DNA of 54,016 bases, taken from contig NC_068998.1 in the NCBI RefSeq assembly GCF_001194135.2, positions 19,587,912-19,641,927 of the forward strand. The letters are read 5' to 3'. Shown one piece after another: positions 1 to 12,205 of the stretch. Below the pieces are notes generated by a model that did not search any database, was not told the DNA's origin, and saw only the letters and a list, made by a program, of their open reading frames with translations. Source of the stretch: Octopus bimaculoides. Its lineage: Eukaryota. The translations under genes and the position numbers were made by a program. Numbering within the stretch: position 1 is the stretch's first letter; every line of letters starts with the position of its first letter.

Positions 1-910
1 CCAGTTGAGTTTGATGAAGAGCGATTAAACCAACTTTTGCACAAAAATTCTAGTCAAATGACAAGGGAACTGGCAGAGAAAATGGAATGCTCCTACACAG
101 CTATAGAGAAGCATCTTTACTCGATGGGAAAGGTTCAAAAGTATGGGCATAGGTTTTGCATGCTTTAAGTGACAACAACAAAAATCAACGAACCACAATC
201 TCTGCTGGTTTGCTTGCTCGTCACCGCTCAACTCATGGGCACAAGCAATGATTTCTTTACCAAATTGTTACTGGTGAGGAAAAATGGTGCCTGTACATCA
301 ATATGAAGCAGTGTAAGGAATGGCTTAGCCCCAGTAAGCAAGTGACACCACGTATGAAACAAGATCTTCATCCACGTAAAACGATGTTGTGCGTATGATG
401 GGACTGGGGAGGGATTATCCATTACAAATTGCTTGAACGGAACCAAATGGTCAACACAGACCTCTATGTTCAACAGATGGAACGACTCAACACGGCTATT
501 CAAGAGAAAAGACCTAATCGGCAGCATGGAGTTCTTCTGCTGCACGACAATGCCCATCCTCATATCGCCAATATGACCAAGGAAGCCATTCAAATGCATC
601 GCTGGGAAGTGCTGCCACACCCACCGTACTCTCCTGATTTGGCACCAATGGATTTCCACCTCTTCCGATCTCTTTCAAGTGCTATGTGCGGAGTTTCGTT
701 CAATACTGATGCAAAATTGAGATCTTGGTTGGATCAATTTTTCGAGTCGAAATCAGGTGATTTCTACCAACGAGGTATTGAAAATCTTGTTGAAAGTTGG
801 AAAGAAGTTGTAAACAACAAGGATGAATACATTATTAATTAATTAGTTTTTATTAAACCTTCTAAAAAATTTAAATTTAAAACACAGCAGGAACTTAGTT
901 GCCAACTTAA
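1..910 (+). mobile_element. Mariner (DD34D) transposon, decayed; 5' part outside the window
   Basis: Translation gives PVEFDEERLNQLL... HTH, then TGEEKW (first D changed to E), HDNAHPH and YSPDLAPMD, with 34 residues between D2 and D3. It has a frameshift and stops. The right TIR ACTTAGTTGCCAACTTAA ends at 910, followed by a TA target site. Confidence 0.95.
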
Positions 911-1026
911 TATATAAACTAAATTCTTCATAAATTAAAAAAAAATTAATTGAAATAAAGGTAGTATGTTTTAACAAAAATATGATAACAACAGGCTTAA
1001 CTACAACTTTACCTTTACAGGACTAG

Positions 1027-1243
1027 CCCTTTTCATATCAACCTGCCTGAGATCACTTCTGGTTCTATAATACAGACTTTGTGTTTAAGTCATCTAAATT
1101 AAAATCTTCCATCAAAAATTCATGCTATTTATGTTCCAGACACCAGCATAATAATAACAAAATTATTTTGTTAATTTCTTCATTATTTCTAAAATTAATT
1201 GAAACAAAGGTGTATTTCAACAGAAATATAGTAACAAAAGAGC
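1027..1243. mobile_element. Diverged piggyBac-like MITE (family P2)
   Basis: Aligns by eye with the reverse complement of 41864-42083 (cccttttcatatcaacc...gtaacaaaagagctaa). A partial further copy lies at about 920-1000. Confidence 0.6.
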
Positions 1244-2265
1244 TAAGAATTGCTATGTAGAAAATGAATTTTTTGATTACTTGGAAATTGACAAAAATAC
1301 TTGAAAATGAACAAAGCAACATAATGCTGTCGTTATTGAATAGTTTTCTTCATTAATAGTTGCAGACATTTTTCTGTACAATATATCACTTATTGATATA
1401 GTTTAGAAAACCATTTACATTCTGTAATAGTGTTGCTATTGAAAAATCAGACTAATGTCTATACAGACATTCATCTAAGTGGGCCACTTCAAATTCTTTC
1501 TTTTTTAATACAATTCAAAAGCATTACTATAACTGATATTGTTCATTCCCAACAATAAATTCAAAAACATAATTAAAATAATTAAGGAGGTTACTTTTAG
1601 CAGAATACAGAGGAAAATTATTGAATAATAAAAGCAAAATAAAGGTAAGTAGCCAAATGTTAAATAAATGGTTTACGTTTTCTGTTTATTATTATTATTA
1701 TTAAGGTCTACCTAAAGATGAAATAATTGAGAAATTCATGTAAAATTCTGTCATTGAAATTTGAGATAAAATATTCATATTTATATATAAACTGAAGTAA
1801 TATTTTATAAAAATCTTATAACTATGATATTTGTTGAGTGGTATTTTTCTAGAATTGATTCACCACTGAAAACATTATCTATAGCAAAATATTGTTTAAT
1901 AAAATTGTTTTCATATATACCTTATATACACCTAAAGATAGGGACTCCCACAACAACCACCTCCTTTACTCCCAATATCTTTACTATGTATCAGCTGAAC
2001 CAATGATAAAAACTAACCTAGTTCTAAACTACAATAACCTTGCTTCCCATTATTCCAAATGTATGCCATTTGAATCAACAAAGACTGACCTAAGGATAAA
2101 TTACAATGCTATGGGTATTGGATATGGGTAGGTCCTTAGTTACACGATTTGGTATGGGGAATAAATGAGAGAGGGTATCAGAAAAAGACGAGAGGGTTGG
2201 ATAGGTCCAATACCATCCCCAATTGCAACAATCAAAGTTGTTTAATTCCTGGCAGAGCAGATATA

Positions 2266-2785
2266 CAAGGGGGTACTAAAAAAAAAACTGGAATTTTGCA
2301 ATATTATTTTATTCACTTAGTTTTACATGTTTACACTCTTATCACCTTCAAAGTATTCTCCATTTGAAGCAATGTATCAGTCCAGATGCGTTTTCCACTG
2401 TTGGAAGCAGCCCCGGAACTCTTGTGAAGTGATGCCTTTTAACACCTCTGTTGTTTTTGTCTTCACCTCTTCCATATCTAAAAATTCCATAGCACCAGCT
2501 TTTGTCACCAGTGATGACCTTTAAAAAAAAGGTCTGTATCAACTTCCAACTGTTCTTTCAGTTCACGATCTTTTGATCTTCCGTGACTTCTTTTGATCTT
2601 CTGTGAGCAAGTGAGGTACAAATTTTGCTGCAACTCTTTTCATTCACTATTCCTCACTCAAAATTCATTGGCAGGAACTCCAGGACATACCAGTCATGTC
2701 AACAAGTTCAATGATGATCCTCCAAGATTAGTTCATGAATTTTCACGTTTTCATTTGTTCAGGAGGTCGACTGTACCTGCTGCTG
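2266..2785 (-). mobile_element. Internally deleted irritans-like mariner
   Basis: TA+CAAGGGGGTACTAAAA terminus. Minus-strand peptides MKRVAAKFVPHLLTEDQK, FLKVITGDKSWCYG and a C-terminal KGITSQEFRGCFQQWK..YIASNGEYFEGD. Most of the catalytic domain between these is missing. Confidence 0.85.
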
Positions 2786-3249
2786 CCGGTTGACAGACTG
2801 ATGCCTGAGGGTTGCATCAAGTGGCTTCTAGCAACGGAAGCCTGAACTACAATGGGCTTGTCCCGTAGAGAACTTTCTGGTTACTTTTGGGTATCTCCTC
2901 GTAATTTCCTGTAGTTAAAGGTGTTTAATTGCTAATTACAACATTTTTTAATGATATACTAATTGACAAAGGAAAAGTAGAGCAGTAAAGTGGTAGAAAC
3001 AAAATGTCACAAGTTATGGATTGACTGACCTGTAGCTTTAGTAAGAGACACTTGCCCAGAATCTCACATACTGATCGTTGAATGAAATTGAATGTCATCA
3101 GACCCTCTTTTTCAACATTTCAAGGTCACTAAAAAAAAGTAGCAGTCAATAGACTTGGCTTTATTTCAATGCTAGAAATCATTATGATATCACCAATAAC
3201 TAAGTTTTTGAATTCACTTGTGGCCACATTCCTGGCAATAGCATAAATA

Positions 3250-3440
3250 TATCATCATCATCATTTAGTGAACAGATTTCATGTTGGTATGGGTTGGATA
3301 GTTGACAGGATTTGACTAATCAGAGAGCTGTGTTGGGCTCCAATGTCTGCTTTGACAAAGTTTCAATGTTTGGATGTCCTACTTAACACCAATCACTTAA
3401 CAGTATACTAGATATTTTTTTCCATGGTACCAGCACTAGT
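3250..3440 (-). mobile_element. RTE-tail-type short retroelement, diverged
   Basis: (CAT)n tail followed by a degenerate reverse complement of the 3' end seen at 37210-37376. Confidence 0.6.
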
Positions 3441-3954
3441 GATATCACCAAGTAACTTACTATAAAAGACCCTTTGATGGAGTGAGGATACAGAATTGAG
3501 GGAAGTGGATTTGTACCAGGTGTTGATAGGCTATAGCATAAAAAGAGCAGATGTGTTAGTGTATAAGAGATATATGGCTGCCCCAGCAGGAAATGGATGG
3601 TGGAAATGATGTGTTAGGGTATACCTTCAGGGTACAAGAAGGTGAATAAAGAGAGAGCACAGACAGAGAGTGGAAGATGGCTGAGTAGGTTGGTTATATA
3701 GAAACATATATAAATTAAAAAATAAATGGACCTTGGCCAGAAATTTTAACTATGAATTTTCAGCTGTCCAATCAACTGAAATACCCAGCTCATTGTATTA
3801 GTATGTATGTTGCTTAATATTTTATAGAGATATGTACCCTAAATATGGCTCAATATTCTATAGATACATGTACCCTTCAAGCACAGTTAGTGTGACAAGG
3901 TTGGACCTTTGAATTGTACATACAGTCCATTTGGCAGGTTTCAACACAGTTTCT

Positions 3955-4068
3955 GTTCATCCACTCAATTCGCTCACAAGGCCTGGATTGATTCAAGATG
4001 TCCTGCAGTGGGATTGAACCCTGAACCTTGTGATTGAAAAGAGAACTTCTTAACAAGTCAGTCATACT
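3955..4068 (-). mobile_element. SINE family A head fragment
   Basis: ctcacaaggc...cagtgggattgaacc matches the reverse complement of 19175-19310. Confidence 0.6.
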
Positions 4069-4551
4069 GTTAATTCTCCTTCAGACCTCTCTATATCTGT
4101 TATTAGGCTTCAAAATAAATTGCATTTATTTCTTTTGAAATACCTGAACGTAGGTGCAGTATGGCCGAATGAGCCAGAATTCAATCCTATTGTGTGGTTC
4201 CTTGGGAAAATGTCATTTTCTCTAGCCTCAGATTGACCTATACTTTTGCGAGGGAAATTGGGTAGATGGAAGCTGTACTGAAGCCTGCCAGGCAGTCTGA
4301 GTTTAAAAGTCAAAAGGTTATAGCCTTGTTACACACAGTATCAGGTTGATTTTGCTGGAGAATTAAGTATCTGTGGAATACTCAACTACTTGCAGTCTAA
4401 TTCAGGAGCAGGTAACTCAGCTGATTAAGAAAATTGAATCCTCATGGCCAAATCGCAGAGATCCACCACCACCACAACCAATAGTAGAATATGAAGACAC
4501 CATCTCAACAAATCAAAATATAACATCACAAGAAATATGCAAATATCAAAG

Positions 4552-5110
4552 CATCATCGTTTAACGTCCACTTTCCATGCTAGCATGGGTTGGACGATTT
4601 GACTGAGGACTGGCCAACCAGATGGCTGCACCAGGCTCCAATCTGATCTGGCAGAGCTTCTACAGCTGGATGCCCTTCCTAATGCCAACCACTCCAAGAA
4701 TGTAGTGGGTGCTTTTACGAGCCACCGGTATGAGGGCCAGTCAGGCGGTACTGGCAACGGCCACACTCAAAATAGTGTTTTTTATGTGTCACCTGCACAG
4801 GAGCCAGTCCAGCGGCACTAGCAACGACCTCGCTCAAATGTTTTCTAACGTGCCACTGGCACAAGTGCCAGTAAGGCAACGTTGGTAACGATTATGTTCA
4901 AAAGGTGCTATTTACGTGCCACTGGCACAGAAGCTAGACAGCTGCTCTGGCAATGATCACACTCGGACGGTGCTGTTAGTGCTCCACTGGTACAGGTGCC
5001 AGTCATTGAATATGGATCAAATACGATTTCGATTCCACTTGCCCTGACAGGTCTTTGCAAGCAGAGTTTAGTGTCCAATGAAGTAAAGATACAAATAAGT
5101 GAGCTGTCTA
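4552..5110 (-). mobile_element. RTE 3' UTR-derived element with tandem GTGCCANTGGCAC subrepeats
   Basis: Begins catcatcgtttaacgtccactttccatgc, the reverse complement of the LINE end at 37320-37376. It carries about five ~60-70-bp units with ttttacgtgccactggcac-like cores. Confidence 0.75.
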
Positions 5111-5120
5111 CACTCCTGGC

Positions 5121-5195
5121 AGAGGCCACACACACACGCACACACACACACGCACACGCACACGCACACGCACACACACACACACACATATATAA
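5121..5195. repeat. (CA)n/(CACG)n microsatellite
   Basis: Read directly from the sequence. Confidence 0.95.
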
Positions 5196-5559
5196 GCAAA
5201 AGAAGAAAAAAGAAAAATTTGTACTTGGGTTAACAGATAATATGTAATTTAAATAGAATTAACAGGAAAGAAATCAAGCTGATAGTACCATATAAAGTAA
5301 AATAAATTGCTAGAACAAGTGTTTTCTAAGCAAGAAAAATAAATTAAAAAGAATGTATTAAGTATTTCTACTTGACTTCTAAGTATAATGAAACTGAAAG
5401 AGAAAAGATCATAGGTTTGGATATATATGTATATTGTAAAACCAGTATCTCAAAGTGAAAATAATATTTTCGAGGAATTGCATGTATACATATGTATTAT
5501 CTTTTTCTCTCTCACACACACACTCACATTTGTATTTTGTTCATTTCAGTCAAATACAA

Positions 5560-5611
5560 CATTATTTTATATATATGTATGTATGTATGCATGCATATGT
5601 GTGTGAGTATG

Positions 5612-5671
<60 letters not shown>
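5560..5671. repeat. Compound (TATG)n/(TG)n/(TA)n microsatellite
   Basis: Read directly from the sequence. Confidence 0.95.
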
Positions 5672-5674
<3 letters not shown>

Positions 5675-5900
5675 TCATTTAACATCTGTTTTCCATACTG
5701 ACATGGTTTGGGTGGTTTGATGACAGGCAACAATGTCATAGTCATACTGGGATCCATTGTCTGTTTTAGCATGGTTTCCACAGCCGAATGTCCTTCCTAA
5801 TGCCAACCACATTACAGAGTATGCTGAGTGCTTTTTACATGTCCTCAGCTCCAGTGGTTTCTACATGGCATCAGCGCAGATGCTTTTTACATGGCACCAT
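5672..5900 (-). mobile_element. RTE-tail-type short retroelement
   Basis: tcatcatttaacatctgttttccatactg...ccttcctaatgccaaccac is homologous to 4552-4720. Confidence 0.7.
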
Positions 5901-6835
5901 CACCAATAATGTCACCAGGTACCTTATAAGACAAAAAAGAGCGGTTATGTGACTTTCTTATCAATCAATTGTAAAGGTTTCATACGGTCTCTTACGACTT
6001 GATATCTGGATTGAAATCAAATACCTTAGTTGAGCAGTTTAACTATTTAACTATTTAACCATCTCATTTCTACAATATGAAAACAGAGAAGAAAAATATA
6101 AAAAAGAAATCAACTTTCATCACTACATACAGCTTTACGTCTGTTCTCCCACACAGGAATAATTCTTCTGAAGTCCCAGATTTACATCTTTACCAACGCC
6201 CCATGTAGTTTAGTGGAAACCTTTTAATTAATTACAGCAACAAAGATTTCCTTTCAGTCTTTGCATAATGGAATTGTTAGCAAAAGGAAAAAAAAAAATA
6301 TCACTCTGGTTAAAAACTATCACTAGAGATTTTTGTGGGAGGAAATGAGAATTTGTGGCTTTATGCTTTTCTTAATATGGTGTTTAGGTATGGTTTGAGA
6401 TTACTGAAATCAAAAACTGTGTCAAGTATTCCAGAATGTGTTTAACTGGCTGGTGATGGAATCCATTCAGAAAGTACCATTTGGTGGGGAGGGGGATCAC
6501 TGAATGATCTTATTTTTACATCAGAATTTTTTGTACTTTTCTTTGGTTCTTCTTTTTCTCTCTCTTTATGGAGAAACTTTATAGCTGATCAAGTGAATTT
6601 AGTATATTAATTGATATTTATATTATCAACTCTAGGTGGAATGTTAACTTAGATATGCACAACACTGAACTAGGTATGGCATTTAAGCCTGACTACCTTT
6701 TCTTGTGCTTTATCCTATTACCATAATAAGGATGAAAGAATTAGCGGAGCTGAAAATTCCAGTTCAACAGTCTCTTCACCACTAGAATTCTGAAGTTAAA
6801 CAAAATTCTTTAACAACATAAACAACACCTATAGT

Positions 6836-6837
<2 letters not shown>

Positions 6838-6888
<51 letters not shown>

Positions 6889-7215
6889 NNNNNNNNNNNN
6901 NNNNNNNNNNNNNNNNNNNNNNNNNNNNNNNNNNNNNNNNNNNNNNNNNNNNNNNNNNNNNNNNNNNNNNNNNNNNNNNNNNNNNNNNNNNNNNNNNNNN
7001 NNNNNNNNNNNNNNNNNNNNNNNNNNNNNNNNNNNNNNNNNNNNNNNNNNNNNNNNNNNNNNNNNNNNNNNNNNNNNNNNNNNNNNNNNNNNNNNNNNNN
7101 NNNNNNNNNNNNNNNNNNNNNNNNNNNNNNNNNNNNNNNNNNNNNNNNNNNNNNNNNNNNNNNNNNNNNNNNNNNNNNNNNNNNNNNNNNNNNNNNNNNN
7201 NNNNNNNNNNNNNNN

Positions 7216-7261
<46 letters not shown>
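6838..7261. repeat. (TG)n, assembly gap 6889-7215, then (CA)n
   Basis: An N run flanked by dinucleotide arrays. All track ORFs here are artefacts. Confidence 0.95.
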
Positions 7262-7266
<5 letters not shown>

Positions 7267-8239
7267 ACCATGCCAGTATATTCCTGTGCCATGATTGTTC
7301 ATCAGTTAGCCTCACTGAAAAAGTTTAACACCATGTGTACATGTGCTTGCATGCACACACCACACACATGACTTAAGTCTTTTTGTTAGCTGACTATACT
7401 TAGACAGGATTGAATTTAGAGTATTTCTGCTCTAGTTACCAAAATAAAATATAATCTAGCAGTTAACCAAAGAGGATTGACTATCAGCTGTAGTAAAACC
7501 TGAAGTGTTACTCTGTTGTGCATGAATATCTGTGATATCAATGACAACTCAAACATACTTCAACTTGGGGAAATATTTCAGTATTATTTATGCTTAAAGG
7601 AAAACAAAACAAAATTATCGCAAATCATCCAGTTAACATGACTTATGTCAATAACTATGTAAATATTTTCACAACTTAATAAGGTGAGTACCATAACAAA
7701 AAAATATTTAAAAAGAAACAAATGCACAATAAATTTTTTAAAAAGGCTTAGAGTAGTATTTGTACAGAGAAAACTTTACACATGTGCGCATCACATGAAT
7801 ACATGCACACCTATCTTTAGATTTTTGGCTTATAACATTGTAGAAATGAAATGGCAGCTTTTGAGCTGATAATTAAATGCTATACTCATTAGTCAAATTA
7901 AAATCTGCAGGTTTTACTGTGTTTGGTCAGTATAATTACTGCTTACATGCCTTAATACACCTAGCAGTTTGGTATAAATAACAGATCTTTTGGAAATATT
8001 ATCCAACAATAGGTCTGTTATTGTTGCTCAACCTGCAAGAAATATCATCCATGCCTTCTTCAAAATATACGCCTATTATCTTGAAAGTAATAGGCACATT
8101 GGAGGATACAGTCATACACATACATACATGGTTGAAAAAGAAAAACACACAAAAAAAAGAGAGAGAGAAAGGACAGAATCAGCATGGCTGAAACATTATC
8201 ATAAGTCTGACTTTTATCTTACAATTTATTAGTTTTTGT

Positions 8240-8243
<4 letters not shown>

Positions 8244-8310
<67 letters not shown>
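8244..8310. repeat. (CA)n microsatellite
   Basis: Read directly from the sequence. Confidence 0.95.
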
Positions 8311-8311
<1 letters not shown>

Positions 8312-8339
8312 AAAACAAATAGTAAATGAGTATATGCAT

Positions 8340-8660
8340 ATATACGTACAGGTATGTGCATACCGACATCCACCTGTATGTATAGGTGCATATCTGGGTA
8401 CAGGACATTGCAAACAAAACAATGACGAGAAAACACACAAGCCACATAGAGAACATTCTACTTCATCAGCTACCCCCGTTTTAACACCGGCGTTTTGAAG
8501 AGCTGGGCAGGACGCATCGTTAAAACGGCTCTTCCCATGGACCGCAAATTAAATTTGTATACACAAATTAAATCTTGCCATGGAGGAATGTAGTGGCGGA
8601 CAAAAAACAAGACAGGAAAACAAACAGAAAAGGCTTTACGGCCAGACGAGAAAAATCATG
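8340..8660. repeat. CpG-retaining, hairpin-rich element of unknown class
   Basis: Several short inverted repeats (tacaggt/acctgta, ccgttttaac/gttaaaacgg, gaagagc/gctcttc, aatttgt/acaaatt), bounded by (CA)n and (TA)n tracts. Confidence 0.45.
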
Positions 8661-9089
8661 TGTGTATATATATATACAGATATTTAATAAAGGGTCATGA
8701 ATTTAAATGCCTTGCAAAAGGAACATACTAAACTAATACCTAATTCCCAGCAGTGATGTCTAACAAGTTTGTCCAAAGACGTCGCATATCTGGAGGAAAA
8801 TTTTGAAGTTTTCACATTTTGCTCATGGATACATTAGTCCAACTTATCCAGTTGTGATAATTCCTTCAATCATAACACCTTTAAGTAGGTTTCTCATATT
8901 TTCATACATATGGTTTGCTTACGTATGTGTATATACACACATATACGTACGAGAGCAACTATCAGAAAGCAGTACTATAATAAATAGCAGCAGCAGTAGT
9001 AGTAGTAATAGCACAAAGTGAGTAATTGAAATGTTGGCTACTTTCCTAGCCAATCTATGTACAAATAAATAGCTCTTCATTGTTATCTT

Positions 9090-9450
9090 TTATCTTTTAC
9101 TTGTTTTAATTTTAGTGATTGGACTGTGGCCATACTGGAGTACCTCCTTGACAGATTTAGTCAAACAAATCAACCCAATTTATTTTATTGGTCCCCCCTA
9201 TTATGTAGCCAGACTGTTACATAATGTGTGGGGGAACAAGCAGACAAAATGCACATATGCATGTATGTGCGTGCACACACACACACATGATAGGCTTCCA
9301 CACAGTTTCTGTCTACTAAATTAACTTACAAAGCATTGTCAGCCTGGAGCTATATATATATAGTAGAAGACAATTACCCAAGATGACATGCAGTGGGACT
9401 GAACCTGAAGCTAAGTAGTTAGGATACAAGCTTCTCAACTACACACCCTA
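9090..9450 (-). mobile_element. SINE family A, diverged (tail 9090-9200, head 9290-9450)
   Basis: cttttacttgtttt..gactgtggccatactggagtacc tail and gtagaagacaattacccaag..cagtgggactgaacc head, with (CA)n between them. Confidence 0.65.
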
Positions 9451-9639
9451 AGTTAATATCATCCATCATTCTTGAGAAGTTATTTGAATAGCCACAAAGT
9501 AACTGACTTTTTGGATGTCTGTCTAGGAAATACATTTTATAAAAAATTTTTTTTTTCATTACTTAAGTGACATATTTCACATATGTCTTTTACAGTATTT
9601 TATGTTATCCTCCTCTATATCATTAAAAAGAATCACTGA

Positions 9640-9860
9640 CTAAAATTTACTTCCTAGATATTATCTGGACTTTGCAACTCCGTTTTTTAAAGACATCCAA
9701 ATTCAAACCTTCAATTAAATTTACATGTTAATTTATATTCCAAAGGAACATAAATTACTAAGGACAAAGTTATTTTTGTAATAATTCCATTATTTTCACA
9801 GTTAATTGAAACACAAGGTAGTGTATTTTAACCTAAATACGGTAACAAAAAGGTTAAATA
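9640..9860. mobile_element. Diverged piggyBac-like MITE (family P2)
   Basis: Ends ...aaatacggtaacaaaaaggttaa; the interior is homologous to 1027-1243. Confidence 0.5.
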
Positions 9861-10588
9861 TAAATTCGAATTGCTGAAGATCAATAAAATAGTTTGATTA
9901 TATATTTATTATAGAGAAAATGCTTCCCACAAGAATGGTTAGACAATGGACACTCAGCTGGTGAAGGATGTTATTGGTTGATTCACGATGGTACATCAAA
10001 GAAGACTTAAAATAGTTTGCCATTTTCTTGATTCTTCTGAGAAATCAATCTTCCAGAAAATTGTCAAATGACTAAAATAACTTGAGAGAATTTAGTACAC
10101 CAGATTTAGCCAACTAATGCTGGCACTGAAAGTGAATCTCACAATTCATTAGGTTGTAGAAGCATGACTTCTATCTTCATACAGTAACATTCATGTAAGA
10201 ATTTCAACTTAATATCACAAATAACGAAAAACTCTCCAACAATACAATTCCTCAACAATTGAAAAAAAAAAAAAAAAAAAAATGGTAATTTGTACTGTCT
10301 ATCAAACTTATTTAAAGATACACAGTACCGCATCAGTGGTTGGGATGCTAACAGAAGGGCTCTTAATTAGAAATCTACCTTCTTCAAAAATTTAGCCAGC
10401 TGCCACTCTCAATAGATAATAATAGATCGATTATAGAAGATTGTAATATAATAGCATTCATTGTTTGTTCATTTGTTTAAAATCTGTTTTATCATGCTAG
10501 CAAGAGTTGAAAGAATACTTATTACTGCAGTATTGTTTTAAATCTAAATACTCTTCCTGTTACTAACCCATAGCCATTTTTCATTTAA

Positions 10589-10808
10589 CCCTTTAGAATT
10601 TGAACCAGTCATATCAGGTCCAAATATTCAACATGTTTTAGGTTCAAACTTGTCAGATCCAACCTTTTGCACCTCCCCTACAAAGTCATTCTAAAAATAA
10701 ACAATCACATCACTGAAATCTTGAAGCTGTGAGGTAATGCATAATTAATTCAAAACAATGTCAATAAATAAGCATTACATTTGACAGAATAATCTGAATG
10801 CCAAAGGG
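10589..10808. mobile_element. piggyBac-like MITE (family P1), 220 bp
   Basis: TTAA|CCCTTTAG...CCAAAGGG|TTAA, with a TTAA TSD on both sides. Confidence 0.85.
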
Positions 10809-11475
10809 TTAAGGGGGTTTGTATTTCAATCATCTTCTGAAATGTTGAGCAATAAAGGCGATCTGTTGACAGGGAATTGTCAAAATAACGCCACCACTTT
10901 TGCTCGAGTGATTTCATGTAGACATTGCTGAATGTAAACATTCATACACATACACACATGGCAGGCTTCCATATAGTTTCTATCTATAAATTACACCCAT
11001 AAACCTAGGATTGGTATAACAAAACATACTTAACACTTACCCGTAGCCTACATAGATTACATCATGATTATCAGCCTGATATCATAGTAATTAAAATTAC
11101 ATTTGTAAAAACATGTGTGGATGCTAAGTCTCACACTTGAACGATGGCACAATGTACAAAGTTGTCATTGTTGTTCACTTTTAAGCTTATCTTAAAATTT
11201 TAATTACGATTATAATTTGTTTTTTTTTTCCAGTAAAATTCAGATTAAATTGGGTTCACTGTATCTATTAAATTTAAGATCTACGGTAGTGGTGATACAA
11301 TAATGTTGTAATATTGAAAACTATTGTGTTCAATATCTTGAAAATACATTCAAAGTAATACAAAACCGAATTCAGTGTTATATACAGAAGACAAAATTCA
11401 TTTCATTAACACAGAAAACAGCAGTAACCTTTATAAACATGCGCACTATATACTTTGTCTTCTCTTCAGATTCAC

Positions 11476-11596
11476 TATTATTATTTTAGTGTCTTGGTCT
11501 AAGCTCTTTCATCACACATCCTGTGATTGCACCAGTGACCCTTTATCTCAGGATGTGTGATGAAAGAGCTTAGACCAAGACACTAAAATAATAATA
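11476..11596. repeat. Perfect 48-bp inverted repeat with 25-nt spacer
   Basis: 11476-11523 is the exact reverse complement of 11549-11596. Confidence 0.95.
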
Positions 11597-11771
11597 ATAA
11601 TGATAATAAAGCTGAAGTAAAAACCAAGTATATAGTGCATGTGTTTAATTGGCAAAAAATATGACCATCCTCAATTATAACAATAACACCAATATTTTTG
11701 AGATGAATCAGGCTACAAGATGACTTAAAATCACTTTTTGAAGTCCCAAATAACATAAAGAAAACCCCACT

Positions 11772-11976
11772 AATATATATATATATATATATATATANNN
11801 NNNNNNNNNNNNNNNNNNNNNNNNNNNNNNNNNNNNNNNNNNNNNNNNNNNNNNNNNNNNNNNNNNNNNNNNNNNNNNNNNNNNNNNNNNNNNNNNNNNN
11901 NNNNNNNNNNNNNNNNNNNNNNNNNNNNNNNNNNNNNNNNNNNNNNNNNNNNNNNNNNNNNNNNNNNNNNNNNNNN
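11772..11976. repeat. (TA)n plus assembly gap 11798-11976
   Basis: Read directly from the sequence. Confidence 0.95.
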
Positions 11977-12109
11977 CTTACTAATCCCTGTGTGTAAATC
12001 AAAAGAAATCTATTACATAATTAACAGTAAAAGTAATATTCATGAACAGAGTGCTCTATAGGTCTTCAGAGATTAAGACTGAAGAAGTTCTATTTTTTAA
12101 AACTCGTAC

Positions 12110-12205
12110 CCTAAATTTTTAGAAGCAATTTTTTTTCTAAATTTTTAGAAGCAATTTTCTTTTTTTTTTCTAAACTTTTAGAAGCAATTTTCTTTTTTTT
12201 TTTGT
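12110..12205. repeat. Short minisatellite, 3 units of ctaaatttttagaagcaatttt(c)Tn
   Basis: Three tandem units of about 30 bp with variable T runs. Confidence 0.85.

Noticed and set aside
6712-6790. Minus-strand exon-like segment NSSGEETVELEFSAPLILSSLLW
   Set aside because: It starts in phase 0 while exon 1 ends in phase 1. The resemblance to VPS13A DFDFSAPK is superficial, and the intervening conserved exons are absent.
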